Assembly: GCA_041576165.1 (NCBI GenBank)
Contig: JBFGLM010000010.1
Span: forward strand, 48,284-112,283
DNA length: 64,000 nt
Direction: 5' to 3'
From: Acidimicrobiia bacterium
GTDB lineage: Bacteria; Actinomycetota; Acidimicrobiia; Spongiisociales; Spongiisociaceae
Numbering within the stretch: position 1 is the stretch's first letter; each line of letters starts with the position of its first letter. This document shows, one piece after another, positions 10,381 to 19,630 of the stretch. The notes beneath the pieces were generated by a model. It was not told the DNA's origin. It saw nothing but the letters and a program-made list of their open reading frames with translations, and ran no database searches. Both the position numbers and the translations under genes were made by a program.

Positions 10381-10875
10381 TCACTCCTCCGGCGGCAAGA
10401 TCAGCATTGGGCAGCGGCACCGCTGTATGCATTGATGCGCCACCGAGCCCAGCAGCATCCCGGCAAATCCGCCCAGCCCCCGCGTTCCGATCACCACCAG
10501 GTCGGCGTCACGAGACGCATCCAACAACGCATCGGCCGGGTCATCGGACGCAATGACCACGAGGCCCGGCTTCGGGCCGGACATCCCCTCGGTGGCGTCG
10601 GCGACGAATCGCTCGAGGGCGGCATAGGCGGTGCCGGCCGCTTGTTCATCGGGATTCGGGCGGGGGTCGTTCGCATCGTCCGGAGATATCGGTCCCATTC
10701 CGACACCAATCCCGATCGGCAAGCTGATCAGGTCATCTGCGAACGCGCGCCGGGGCGGCCGGAACACGTGCACGGCGTCGAGCGTGGCATCCCGGAGAGC
10801 GGCCTCTTCAACGGCCCGGCGGAGCGCCCGCTTCGAATGCTCCGACCCGTCGACGCCAACGACGATCCGTGGCAT
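10381..10875 (-). CDS. Universal stress protein (Usp)
   Basis: IVVGVDGSEHS and IGTRGLGGFAGMLLGSVA motifs. Confidence 0.92.
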   Translation of the reverse strand: MPRIVVGVDGSEHSKRALRRAVEEAALRDATLDAVHVFRPPRRAFADDLISLPIGIGVGMGPISPDDANDPRPNPDEQAAGTAYAALERFVADATEGMSGPKPGLVVIASDDPADALLDASRDADLVVIGTRGLGGFAGMLLGSVAHQCIQRCRCPMLILPPEE

Positions 10876-11038
10876 GTTTCTCCGATCTTCGCTTCGGTCT
10901 GACCGTGCCGTACGGGGAGAGTTGCCGCCAGGGGAAGACGACCCGGCTTGGCGTGACAGTCGGAGTTGGCGCCGGTGACGGCCGGCGGCAGCGCGCACCT
11001 ATATGATCCAGGCCGGCCCGCACGGAGGGATGGAGCAC

Positions 11039-12040
11039 ATGACGGGCAAAATCATCGACGTCCACAGTCACATCGTCCCGCCGAGACTCGCTGCCGCAGC
11101 GCAGCACGGCGGCCGGCACTACGGACTGGAGTTCGGCCGAGACGAACAGGGCAAGGTGACCAGCCGCTCGGGTGATGGTCCCGCCTTTGCCCTGCCCTGG
11201 CCGACCCCGCTGGAGACTCCCGCCGACCGTATCGAGTCGATGGACGCAATGGGCGTCGACGTGCAATTGCTGTCGCTGAGCCCCAGCATGCACTGGTACA
11301 ACGTGAGTCCTGAGGACGGTTTGGCCCTGGCGGTCGATACTAACGACGACATCGCCGCCATCGTCGCTGGAGATCCTGATCGCTACCGAGGGCTGGCCTT
11401 TCTGCCGTTGCAGGATGCTGAAGCCGCGATCGGCGAACTCGAGCGCTGTATGCGCGACCTTGGATTCGCCGGCACACTCGTCGGGACCAACGTGAACGGC
11501 GTCGATTGGGACGCACCCGACTTGTATCCAGTGCTCGAAGCTGCCCGTGATCTCGACGCGCTCGTCTTTGTGCACCCGGCGCGTGGTCGCGGGAATCCAT
11601 TCTTGACCCGCTACCACCTGAAGAACCTCATCGGGAATCCGATGGAGACCTCCGTTGCACTCGCCAGCCTCATTTTCGGCGGTGTGCTGGACAGGCTCGG
11701 TGAGGCGAAACTCTGCTTTGCGCACGGCGGCGGCTACGGGTGCCTCGGCATCGCCCGGATGGACCACGGCCAGCGGGTGCGGGCCGAAGCCCAAGGCATC
11801 AGCCGGTTGCCGTCCGACTATCTGAAGGGCCTCTATTTCGACTCGCTGGTGCACGGGCACCACGCCCTTGACCACATCATCGGCCTCGCCGGCATCGACC
11901 GGATCGTTCTCGGAAGCGACTACCCCGCCGACATGGGCGAGCCGGACCCGGTGGGCTTCATACGGTCGCATCCCACGCTGTCGGAGGAGGCGCAATGGAA
12001 GATCCTGTCCGAGAACCTCACCGGCCTGCTGGGAGCCTGA
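11039..12040 (+). CDS. Amidohydrolase_2 family protein (ACMSD-like)
   Basis: IDVHSH, FVHP, AHGGG, GSDYP. Confidence 0.9.
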   Translation: MTGKIIDVHSHIVPPRLAAAAQHGGRHYGLEFGRDEQGKVTSRSGDGPAFALPWPTPLETPADRIESMDAMGVDVQLLSLSPSMHWYNVSPEDGLALAVDTNDDIAAIVAGDPDRYRGLAFLPLQDAEAAIGELERCMRDLGFAGTLVGTNVNGVDWDAPDLYPVLEAARDLDALVFVHPARGRGNPFLTRYHLKNLIGNPMETSVALASLIFGGVLDRLGEAKLCFAHGGGYGCLGIARMDHGQRVRAEAQGISRLPSDYLKGLYFDSLVHGHHALDHIIGLAGIDRIVLGSDYPADMGEPDPVGFIRSHPTLSEEAQWKILSENLTGLLGA

Positions 12041-12108
12041 GCCATGCCCGGCCATGCCGTTGGAGATCGACCAGCCACCCGTGATCGCACCTACATGGAG
12101 GACGTGGA

Positions 12109-12510
12109 ATGAGTCAAAGCCTGGCTGAGGAGTTCGCGGCGCGGCGCGGCAGACGCTACCCGGCCCATGCCTGGATCGCCGAGCGTTTTCCGGAGTACGT
12201 GGAGACGATGCTCCGACTGGACGAGATCATCAGGCGCCGACCCCGGCGGTTTGATGAGAAAGGCCACGAGCTGTTCCATATCGTCGCTTTGGCGGTCATG
12301 GGTTCGAACCCACACAACCAGCCACATCTCACCCAGCACATCAAGAAGGCGCTGCAGCTCGGCGCTCATCCTGAAGAGATCGCCGAGGCGCTGATGGTGG
12401 CTGTGAACCCGGCCGGTGCCAGAGTGCTCACCTACGGAGTCACCTGCATGCTGGAGGCGATCGAAGAGCTGGAAGCGGAGGGATGGACCCAGGAGGACGC
12501 GACCGGATGA
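12109..12510 (+). CDS. Carboxymuconolactone decarboxylase (CMD)/AhpD-fold protein
   Basis: ELFHIVALA...HIKKALQLGAHPEEIAEAL pattern, no CxxC. Confidence 0.8.
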   Translation: MSQSLAEEFAARRGRRYPAHAWIAERFPEYVETMLRLDEIIRRRPRRFDEKGHELFHIVALAVMGSNPHNQPHLTQHIKKALQLGAHPEEIAEALMVAVNPAGARVLTYGVTCMLEAIEELEAEGWTQEDATG

Positions 12511-13511
12511 GCCGCCATACCAACGTCATCGACGTTCACGCCCACCTGCTGCCGCGGTCGGCGATCGCAGCGGGCGAAGCCGGTGAGATGTGGTACGGAT
12601 CACGGCTCGAGATCGATGGTTCGGGCCGGCCCCACGTCGTCACGGGCGACTATCGAGTGGGGATGGGTGGCAAGGCCCACCTCGAGCCCATGGAACGGCG
12701 ACTCGAGCAGATGGATGAGGCCGGCGTCGACATCCAAGTGCTGTCTTTGAATCCAATTCTGTTCCGCTACTACCTCGATCCAGGACTCGCCGCCGACGCG
12801 GCGGTAGCCGTGAACGATGAGATCGCCGGTTATGCCGCGAAATGGCCGGACCGGTTCCTCGGTTTTGGGGCGCTGCCGCTGCAGAGTCCCGACCGGGCAG
12901 TCAAAGAGCTCGAGCGAGTGATGGCGATCCCGGGGATGGTGGGGGCCGCAGTCGGCAGTCATGTCGACGGTGCCAACTGGGACGAGCCCCACCTCTTTGA
13001 TGTGCTTGCCGCCGCGCAAGATTTGAATGCCGCGGTGTTTCTTCACCCGTCGGCCTCCCGACTGAAAGACGCCTTGCCGCGATATCACATGCGGAATTAC
13101 ATCGCGAACCCCACGGAGACGACCATTGCCATCGGCTCGTTGATCTTCGGCGGCGTGTACGACCGATTGTCCGATCTGAGGATGGTTTTCGCCCATGGGG
13201 GAGGCTATGCGTGCTGGGGCTCATCCCGATTCGACCACGGCTACAAAGTCCGGCCTGAAGCGCGCGAGCACGCCGGCTTGTTCCCGTCCGAGTACTTGCA
13301 GCGGATGTGGTTCGACTCTTTGGTCCATGGGTACCTGAATCTGCGCCACCTCGTCGACGTGGTGGGAATCGACCGAGTGGTGCTGGGCACCGACTTCCCG
13401 GCGGATATGGGCCAGCCCGACCCGGTGGCCTGGATCGAGGGGAGCGACCTCGATGCGGGCGAGCAGGCGGCAGTGCTGGGAGGCAACGCCACCGATTTGC
13501 TTAGACTATGA
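12507..13511 (+). CDS. Amidohydrolase_2 family protein (ACMSD-like)
   Basis: IDVHAH, FLHP, AHGGG, GTDFP. ATGA overlap. Confidence 0.9.
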   Translation: MSRHTNVIDVHAHLLPRSAIAAGEAGEMWYGSRLEIDGSGRPHVVTGDYRVGMGGKAHLEPMERRLEQMDEAGVDIQVLSLNPILFRYYLDPGLAADAAVAVNDEIAGYAAKWPDRFLGFGALPLQSPDRAVKELERVMAIPGMVGAAVGSHVDGANWDEPHLFDVLAAAQDLNAAVFLHPSASRLKDALPRYHMRNYIANPTETTIAIGSLIFGGVYDRLSDLRMVFAHGGGYACWGSSRFDHGYKVRPEAREHAGLFPSEYLQRMWFDSLVHGYLNLRHLVDVVGIDRVVLGTDFPADMGQPDPVAWIEGSDLDAGEQAAVLGGNATDLLRL

Positions 13512-14449
13512 CTCCGACCACTGGGCCTGCCCGACCTTCGATCGACGCGTATTTGCCGGAATCGGCGGAGCGTTTGCGGCAGCTCTTCGAGCGCCTTGAC
13601 CGGCACTTTGCGGGCGTCTGGGCTACTCACCTGTCGCGATTGCTCGCCCGGGACCAGCTCGATGCTCACACTCGATTCTTGGTGCTGACCGCGCAATACA
13701 CGGTGACCGAACGGACCGCCCAGTTGGAGGAGAACCTGAATGCGGCGCTGACCGCGGGGGTGCCGGCCTTCGAACTACTCGAGATCATTCTGCAGACGTA
13801 CGTGTACACCGGGCCGTGGGTGGTCTCCGGCGCATGCGATGCATTCGAGCGCGTCCTGGCCGGACGGGGCGAGGACGCAGCCAAGCTCTCTCCCGACGTG
13901 GGACGTGAGCGCCGGCTGGACGCCGAGCAGGACACCTGGTCTGACGCCGATCGAGCCGATCCTCGACTGGCTCTACTGCTTGAACGGTATGGCTGGCAGG
14001 GCATCTCGAATGGGCTACGGCTGCGACCTGGCCATCACATCAACATGCTCGCCACGCTCGACGCACTGGACCCGGAGTTCCTCGAAACCTGGCTAGATGC
14101 CGTGTACGAAGGCATGTACGGACGGGGAGTGCTGGAGGACCGGATCCGGCTGCTGTGCGTTGTTGGTGCGACGCTGGCACTGGGCGAGACTCACCAATCG
14201 CGCCGGCATATGCGCGCCGCCCTGCGGACCGGCGCCACGCCCAGGGAGGTGTTGGAGGTGATCTTTCTCACAACGGCGTTCTTCGGGCACCCCCACGTCA
14301 TGCCGGCCGCGTTCGACGACCTGGTCTTGATCGCTGACGATGAGGGTCGACTCTCGGAACTGATCGAACCCGGTCGTATTCCCGACGTGATGCGCATCGT
14401 TTCCGCCCGGGTGGCCCGACGCGCCGGGGTCCAGGACGGCATCACGTGA
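13508..14449 (+). CDS. Two-domain CMD/AhpD-fold protein
   Basis: Two CMD-like units (NAALTAGVPAFELLEII and HMRAALRTGATPREVLEVI). ATGA overlap. Confidence 0.8.
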   Translation: MTPTTGPARPSIDAYLPESAERLRQLFERLDRHFAGVWATHLSRLLARDQLDAHTRFLVLTAQYTVTERTAQLEENLNAALTAGVPAFELLEIILQTYVYTGPWVVSGACDAFERVLAGRGEDAAKLSPDVGRERRLDAEQDTWSDADRADPRLALLLERYGWQGISNGLRLRPGHHINMLATLDALDPEFLETWLDAVYEGMYGRGVLEDRIRLLCVVGATLALGETHQSRRHMRAALRTGATPREVLEVIFLTTAFFGHPHVMPAAFDDLVLIADDEGRLSELIEPGRIPDVMRIVSARVARRAGVQDGIT

Positions 14450-14520
14450 TCGAGCTCTGAATCCCGGCCCCGCTTGGTGGGTCCAACCGGATGGGTCCTG
14501 GACAGGCGCGAGCGTGGTTT

Positions 14521-14578
14521 CCTCCCTGAGCGGGGGAGGTGGGTGAGGCGACCGTAGGGAGCCGAACCCGGAGGGGGA
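14521..14578. repeat. REP-like GC-rich intergenic palindromic element
   Basis: CCTCCC-TGAGCGG-GGGAGG hairpin followed by GTGG...CCCGGAGGGGG. The layout is recalled from bacterial REP-like repeats. Only one copy in this window. Confidence 0.35.
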
Positions 14579-14647
14579 GCGCGGCCTGGCGATCTAGATG
14601 CGCCCTTCCTGAGATTTCTCCCGGATCTGGGGTCAGGGGTCTAGAAA

Positions 14648-14669
14648 TGTCGTGCCGGTCCGGTATGAT
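14648..14669 (+). promoter_or_regulatory. RecA-NDp/PafBC-like DNA-damage promoter
   Basis: TGTCGT-N10-TATGAT against consensus TGTCGG-N10-TANNNT. The -10 ends 7 nt before the ATG at 14677 (leaderless geometry). Confidence 0.65.
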
Positions 14670-14684
14670 CGAACACATGTTCGA
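14669..14684. promoter_or_regulatory. LexA (SOS) box
   Basis: TCGAAC-ACAT-GTTCGA is a perfect actinobacterial SOS consensus. It overlaps the -10 and the start codon. Confidence 0.85.
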
Positions 14685-15825
14685 CATACGGAAACGGCCA
14701 ACCGAGACCGGCGAACGCACCCTCGATTCGCTCGAACAGGAACTGGTTGCGCTGGAAGGCCTGATCGGCCAAGCCCGCTCCCGCCAAACCGTGTTGATCG
14801 CCGAACTGGACCGGGCGCAGGTGGCCACCGCCGATGGGTGCCGCAGCCTGCAGGAATGGGTAACCGGCCGCCTCGACGTGTCGGCCGCCACCGCCAAGGA
14901 GTTGGTTGCCGTATGCCACACCGCCCCGGACATGGTCACCGACGGGCTCCAGGCGGGAACCATGTCGTTTGACCGGGCGGTGGCCACCTCCCACCTCGCC
15001 GCCCAGGTGGCGGACGACGACGTGCTGGAGGGGTCGCTGGGTTGGGATATCGCCGGGGTGCGCCGCCTGGCCGCCAAACACCGCCGCCTCACCCCCACCG
15101 ACGAACCCAACGCCCACGCCTCCCGCGGTCTGTCGATCCAGCCGTCCTTGGACAACCAGACGGCCACTCTGTGGGCCACCCTGGTCGGCCCTGACGCCAC
15201 CACCGTGCTCGACGGCCTCCTGGCGGTGGCCGATGACCTGCCGCTGCTCCCGGACGGCACCCGGGACAGCTTGTCGCGCCGCCAGGCCGACGCTCTCGTC
15301 GCGCTCTGCGCCCACGCCCTCACCACAGACGAAAACGGCCCGTCAGGGGGTGATCGGGGTCCGACGCTGCTGGTCACCACCGACCTCGACCACTTGGTAG
15401 CAACCGGCGGTCAGGTCGGCGCCGAGGTCGTCGGTGGGTTACGTATCGGCCTCCAACGGCTGGAGGAGGTCTTCTGCAACGGGATTGTGAACCTCAACCT
15501 GCGGCTCACCGACGGTCGTATCCTCGCGGCCGATGGGCATCAGCCGATCCCGCCCCGCACCCGCCAACACGTGTTAGCCCGGGACGGGGCCTGCACCGCG
15601 GCGGGCTGTCGCAGTCGGCACCGCCTCCAAGTCCACCACATCACTCCCCGCAGCCAAGGCGGCAGCCACCACCCCGACAATCTCACCACCGTTTGCTGGT
15701 ATCACCATCATGTTGTCATTCACGGCATGGGCTACCAGATCGACCCGGCATCGCCACCCGGACGACGAAGATTCCTCAACCCGGCGACCAGCACCACCGG
15801 CCCCGGCCCACCCCAACCGGGGTGA
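14677..15825 (+). CDS. DUF222 / HNH endonuclease (13E12-repeat-like)
   Basis: RRQADAL motif and C-terminal ARDGACTAAGC...HHITPRSQGG...DNLTTVCWYHH. Confidence 0.9.
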   Translation: MFDIRKRPTETGERTLDSLEQELVALEGLIGQARSRQTVLIAELDRAQVATADGCRSLQEWVTGRLDVSAATAKELVAVCHTAPDMVTDGLQAGTMSFDRAVATSHLAAQVADDDVLEGSLGWDIAGVRRLAAKHRRLTPTDEPNAHASRGLSIQPSLDNQTATLWATLVGPDATTVLDGLLAVADDLPLLPDGTRDSLSRRQADALVALCAHALTTDENGPSGGDRGPTLLVTTDLDHLVATGGQVGAEVVGGLRIGLQRLEEVFCNGIVNLNLRLTDGRILAADGHQPIPPRTRQHVLARDGACTAAGCRSRHRLQVHHITPRSQGGSHHPDNLTTVCWYHHHVVIHGMGYQIDPASPPGRRRFLNPATSTTGPGPPQPG

Positions 15826-16006
15826 TGCGCCGGCATGACTCCTCCGATCTAAGACCAAGCCCCAGTCCGACACCATTCAGAAGCGCCCAACCCGCCACCC
15901 GGCGGGACACCGGCGCGATCGTGCCCCTGGGTTGCGAATCTTCGGCGGCCGCTGCTGTCGACCCCTAGACTCGTGGCGCTCAGTCATCGCCGTCCGCCGA
16001 GGGTTC

Positions 16007-17680
16007 GTGCCGTCCAGCCACCCAATCTTCGATCTCAGCGATCGCGCCACCGACCGGATCGCAGCCCTGGCTCCCACGTGGGCGACGTACTGTGGCATCG
16101 CCGGGCACGATCACGAACTCGATGACCTGTCACCAGAGGGATTTGAGCAGCGTCACGACGTTGTGCGCGATCTCAGAATGGAGCTGACCCGCCTGCCCGT
16201 GGCCACCGAGCGCGACGCTCGCCTGGCGACGGCAGTGTTCGATGCGTTGACGGCTGAGATGGCCGAGGAATATGACCGGGGCGAACATCGTCGCGACATT
16301 TCGCATTCGGCCAGCGCCCTGGCGCTCGTTCGCGAGACTATCGACGCCCAGGATCGCAGTGACGCCGCCGGGTGGCGCAACATCGCCCGGCGCCTGGCTG
16401 CGATGGATGAATTCAATGAAGGCTGGCGGCGCTCGATCGCGGAGGGGCTCGACCGGGGGGAACTCGTCGCACAGCGCCAGGTCGAGTCGCTGATACGCCA
16501 GCTACGCGCGGCGATCGCGCCGGACGGGACCTACAGCACTGTGATTGCGGGCTACGACGGAGATGATGACGCGCTCCGGGCCGACCTAGACCGCGGGTTG
16601 GTGGTGACCGGCCGAGCGTGTGAAGAGACGGTCCGCTGGCTGGAGGAAACGTACCTCCCGGTGGCGCCTGAGGAAGACGGTGTTGGTCGCGATGAATATC
16701 TGATCCAGGCCCGTCGTCACCTGGGGACCGACGTCGACGTCGACGAGGCGTATGCATGGGCGTGGGGCGAGATCGATGGTTTGTACCGCCGCATGGTCGC
16801 GGTTGCCAACGACATCGATCCCACGGCCGGCCTGCCGGAGGTGGTCGAGCAGCTCAGGACCGATCCTGCAATGGCCGCTCCCACCCAGGCTGCGTTCATC
16901 GCGCAGATGCTCGAACGCCAGCAGCAAGCCATTGAACTCCTGGACGGCTCCCATTTCGACCTTCCCGACGAGATCCGACAAGTGGAAGTTCGGCTCGCCG
17001 CACCCGGCAGTCCGCTTGGGGCGTGGTACATAGGTCCCAGCGAAGATTTCGAGCGACCCGGCAGTCTTTGGTGGTCGATCGGCTCCAAGGAACCGGTCCC
17101 GCTGTGGGAAGAGGTCTCGACGGCCTACCACGAGGGGTTTCCGGGCCATCACATGCAGATCGGGCTGCAGATGACCATGGCCGACCGCCTCAGTCGCCTA
17201 CATCGACTGCTGTACTGGAAAGCCGGAGCCGGGGAAGGTTGGGCGCTCTACGCCGAGCGGCTCATGGATGAGATCGGGTTCCTCGATCAGCCGATGTACG
17301 TCCTCGGCTACTTGGCGTCGACGATGCTGCGTGCTTGCCGGGTCGTCATTGACATCGGTTGCCACCTCGGGCTGAGCATTCCGGGCGGTGTCCGGTTCCA
17401 CCCGGGTGAACGCTGGCGCTATGAGCTCGCGGTCGAGATGCTCACCGACGTTGCGATGCTCGATCGCGACGTGGCGGAGTCGGAGGCGACACGCTACCTC
17501 GGCTGGCCCGGCCAGGCGATCAGCTACAAGCTCGGAGAACGCACGATCATCGATTTGCGGGACGAGCTTCAGGTCGGATCGTCTCTCGACCCAAAGCTGT
17601 TCCACGACCGTATCCTGAGCGCCGGGTCGGTCGGTCTCGACCTGCTCCGGTCGGTGGTCCGCGGAGAGCTCGATGGCTGA
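16007..17680 (+). CDS. DUF885 family protein (putative metallopeptidase)
   Basis: HEGFPGHHMQ, EGWALYAE, RYLGWPGQAISYKLG. Confidence 0.9.
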   Translation: MPSSHPIFDLSDRATDRIAALAPTWATYCGIAGHDHELDDLSPEGFEQRHDVVRDLRMELTRLPVATERDARLATAVFDALTAEMAEEYDRGEHRRDISHSASALALVRETIDAQDRSDAAGWRNIARRLAAMDEFNEGWRRSIAEGLDRGELVAQRQVESLIRQLRAAIAPDGTYSTVIAGYDGDDDALRADLDRGLVVTGRACEETVRWLEETYLPVAPEEDGVGRDEYLIQARRHLGTDVDVDEAYAWAWGEIDGLYRRMVAVANDIDPTAGLPEVVEQLRTDPAMAAPTQAAFIAQMLERQQQAIELLDGSHFDLPDEIRQVEVRLAAPGSPLGAWYIGPSEDFERPGSLWWSIGSKEPVPLWEEVSTAYHEGFPGHHMQIGLQMTMADRLSRLHRLLYWKAGAGEGWALYAERLMDEIGFLDQPMYVLGYLASTMLRACRVVIDIGCHLGLSIPGGVRFHPGERWRYELAVEMLTDVAMLDRDVAESEATRYLGWPGQAISYKLGERTIIDLRDELQVGSSLDPKLFHDRILSAGSVGLDLLRSVVRGELDG

Positions 17681-17746
17681 GCATTTCGCCCGGCTCGCGC
17701 CCGTCCTTTCGTCCACTGAAGCGGCCTCCCGTTGCGCCCGGCGGGC

Positions 17747-18679
17747 ATGAAACGGGTCGTGGTTCCCGAGTTTCTTCCCCAGACGGAGCTCAGCCGCTTG
17801 CGTGCCCGGTTCGATGTGGTCTACGACCCGGATCTTTATCGCGACCGCCCGGCACTGCTGCGGCAACTCTCAGGAGCAGCCGCCATCGTCGTTCGCAACC
17901 GCACGCAGGTCGATGCCGGGTTGCTGTCGGTGGCGGCGGATCTGGAGATGATCGGCCGTCTCGGTGTGGGCCTAGACAATATCGACACCCGCGCCTGCGC
18001 CGAGGCCGGAGTCACCGTCATCCCGGCGGTCGGCGCGAACGCGGTGTCGGTTGCCGAATACGTGATTGGAGCCATGCTGGTGCTGCTTCGACCCGTATTT
18101 GGCATGACCGCGGACATGGTTGCTGGCGTATGGCCCCGCCAGGGCCATGCTTTTGGGCGGGAACTGAGCGGCCAGACTCTGGGTCTGGTGGGCTATGGAT
18201 CGATCGCCCGGCAGGTGGCGCTCCGGGCGGCGGCCCTGGACATGCGGGTGATGGCATGCGATCCGCATGTCCCTCACGAGGATCCGGCTTGGACAGTGGT
18301 GGAACGCCAGGATCTGGACGAGTTACTCGCCGCCGCCGATGTCGTGACGATCCACGTTGCTCTGACCGACCAGACCCGGCATCTGATAGATGGGAGGGCG
18401 TTGCGGCTGATGAAGCCGACTGCGGTCGTGATCAACACGTCGCGGGGTCGTGTCGTCGACGAAGCTGCCCTCGTTGGTGCGTTGCAACGAGGCGAACTCG
18501 CCGGGGCTGCGCTGGATGTCTTCGAGGTGGAACCGCTCGGGCCGGATCAGGCCCGACGGTTCGCAGGAATCGACAATCTCATACTCACTCCTCACCTCGC
18601 GGGCAACACGGACGAGTCGGTCGAGCGGGTAGCGCGGATGATCGTGGATGAGGTGCTCGCCCGCGTTGGCGACCGATAG
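17747..18679 (+). CDS. D-2-hydroxyacid dehydrogenase (PGDH-like, possibly (S)-sulfolactate dehydrogenase SlcC-like)
   Basis: RLGVGLDNID, GYGSIA, INTSRG, LDVFEVEP, TPHLAG. No ACT domain. Confidence 0.85.
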   Translation: MKRVVVPEFLPQTELSRLRARFDVVYDPDLYRDRPALLRQLSGAAAIVVRNRTQVDAGLLSVAADLEMIGRLGVGLDNIDTRACAEAGVTVIPAVGANAVSVAEYVIGAMLVLLRPVFGMTADMVAGVWPRQGHAFGRELSGQTLGLVGYGSIARQVALRAAALDMRVMACDPHVPHEDPAWTVVERQDLDELLAAADVVTIHVALTDQTRHLIDGRALRLMKPTAVVINTSRGRVVDEAALVGALQRGELAGAALDVFEVEPLGPDQARRFAGIDNLILTPHLAGNTDESVERVARMIVDEVLARVGDR

Positions 18680-18682
18680 GCA

Positions 18683-19456
18683 TCACCACATATCAGCGAA
18701 GTCGGCCTTGACGGATTCGAGACCGGCGGCCACCAGCTTCACATCGTTGGTGGGACTGATCACAGTGCAGCCTCTGTTCACAAGCATCGAGGCGTACTCG
18801 GGAGTGGGCGTGACCGCGCCCCAGTGCTTCCCGTGCGCTCGACAGGCGGCAGCCACCCGGTCGATCGCCGCCAGGCACCGGTCGTGCATGATGTCTCCCG
18901 TCACCCCGAGAGCCTGCCCGAGGTCCGACGGGCCGATGAACAGCAGGTCGACACCGTCGATGGCGGCGATCTCATCCGCCTCATCGACGGCCTGCGCAGT
19001 CTCGATCTGGATCGCGACCATCGTGTTCCGGTTGGCCCGCTCGGCGAACTCGGCCAGCGGTTCCGACCCGAACCCCCCGTCGTGTCCCAGCGGGTTGAGT
19101 CCGCGCCGTCCTCGCGGCGCGAACTTCGACCACTGCACGAACTCTTCGGCGTGTACCGCCGACCGGATCTGGGCTGCCATCACTCCCGTGGCGCCGCTCT
19201 CGAAGCACCGCGTGACTGTGGCGTAGTCGGTGGGTGGCACGCGCACGAACGCCTCCAACCCGTGAGCACGTCCGGCGGCTACCGCGGCTTCGATGTCGTG
19301 CACGGTCAGCCCGGCATGTTCAACGTCGATCCAAAAACCGTCGAACACGCCCATCATGCCCAGGTACTGCACGACGTTGGGGTGAAACATGCGCCCGACC
19401 GAGAACACCACCACCTGGTGTCCAGATTGGATTCGTTCCTTCAATGCTCTCCGCAA
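18683..19456 (-). CDS. HpcH/HpaI class II pyruvate aldolase
   Basis: WIDVEH, VRVP, QIET, FIGPSDL. The start (TTG) is uncertain. Confidence 0.88.
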   Translation of the reverse strand: MRRALKERIQSGHQVVVFSVGRMFHPNVVQYLGMMGVFDGFWIDVEHAGLTVHDIEAAVAAGRAHGLEAFVRVPPTDYATVTRCFESGATGVMAAQIRSAVHAEEFVQWSKFAPRGRRGLNPLGHDGGFGSEPLAEFAERANRNTMVAIQIETAQAVDEADEIAAIDGVDLLFIGPSDLGQALGVTGDIMHDRCLAAIDRVAAACRAHGKHWGAVTPTPEYASMLVNRGCTVISPTNDVKLVAAGLESVKADFADMW

Positions 19457-19585
19457 TTTGGTGCCATTCCAGTTCGGTCATCCCGGCTCGGCGGTCTCAG
19501 TCCGACGAACCTCCCGATCCGGGGCTTGCGCCAGGGAGGCTACCTCTGTCGGGCGGCGCAGAGGTGTGCTGGTTCGACGCTCGCG

Positions 19586-19619
19586 AAAAAGGGGCGGAGC
19601 CGGTCACCGGCTCCGCCCC
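19586..19619 (-). terminator. Intrinsic terminator of the lipoprotein gene
   Basis: GGGGCGGAGCCGG-TCA-CCGGCTCCGCCCC hairpin with a T5 tail on the minus strand. Confidence 0.85.
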
Positions 19620-19630
19620 AACCACGCTGC

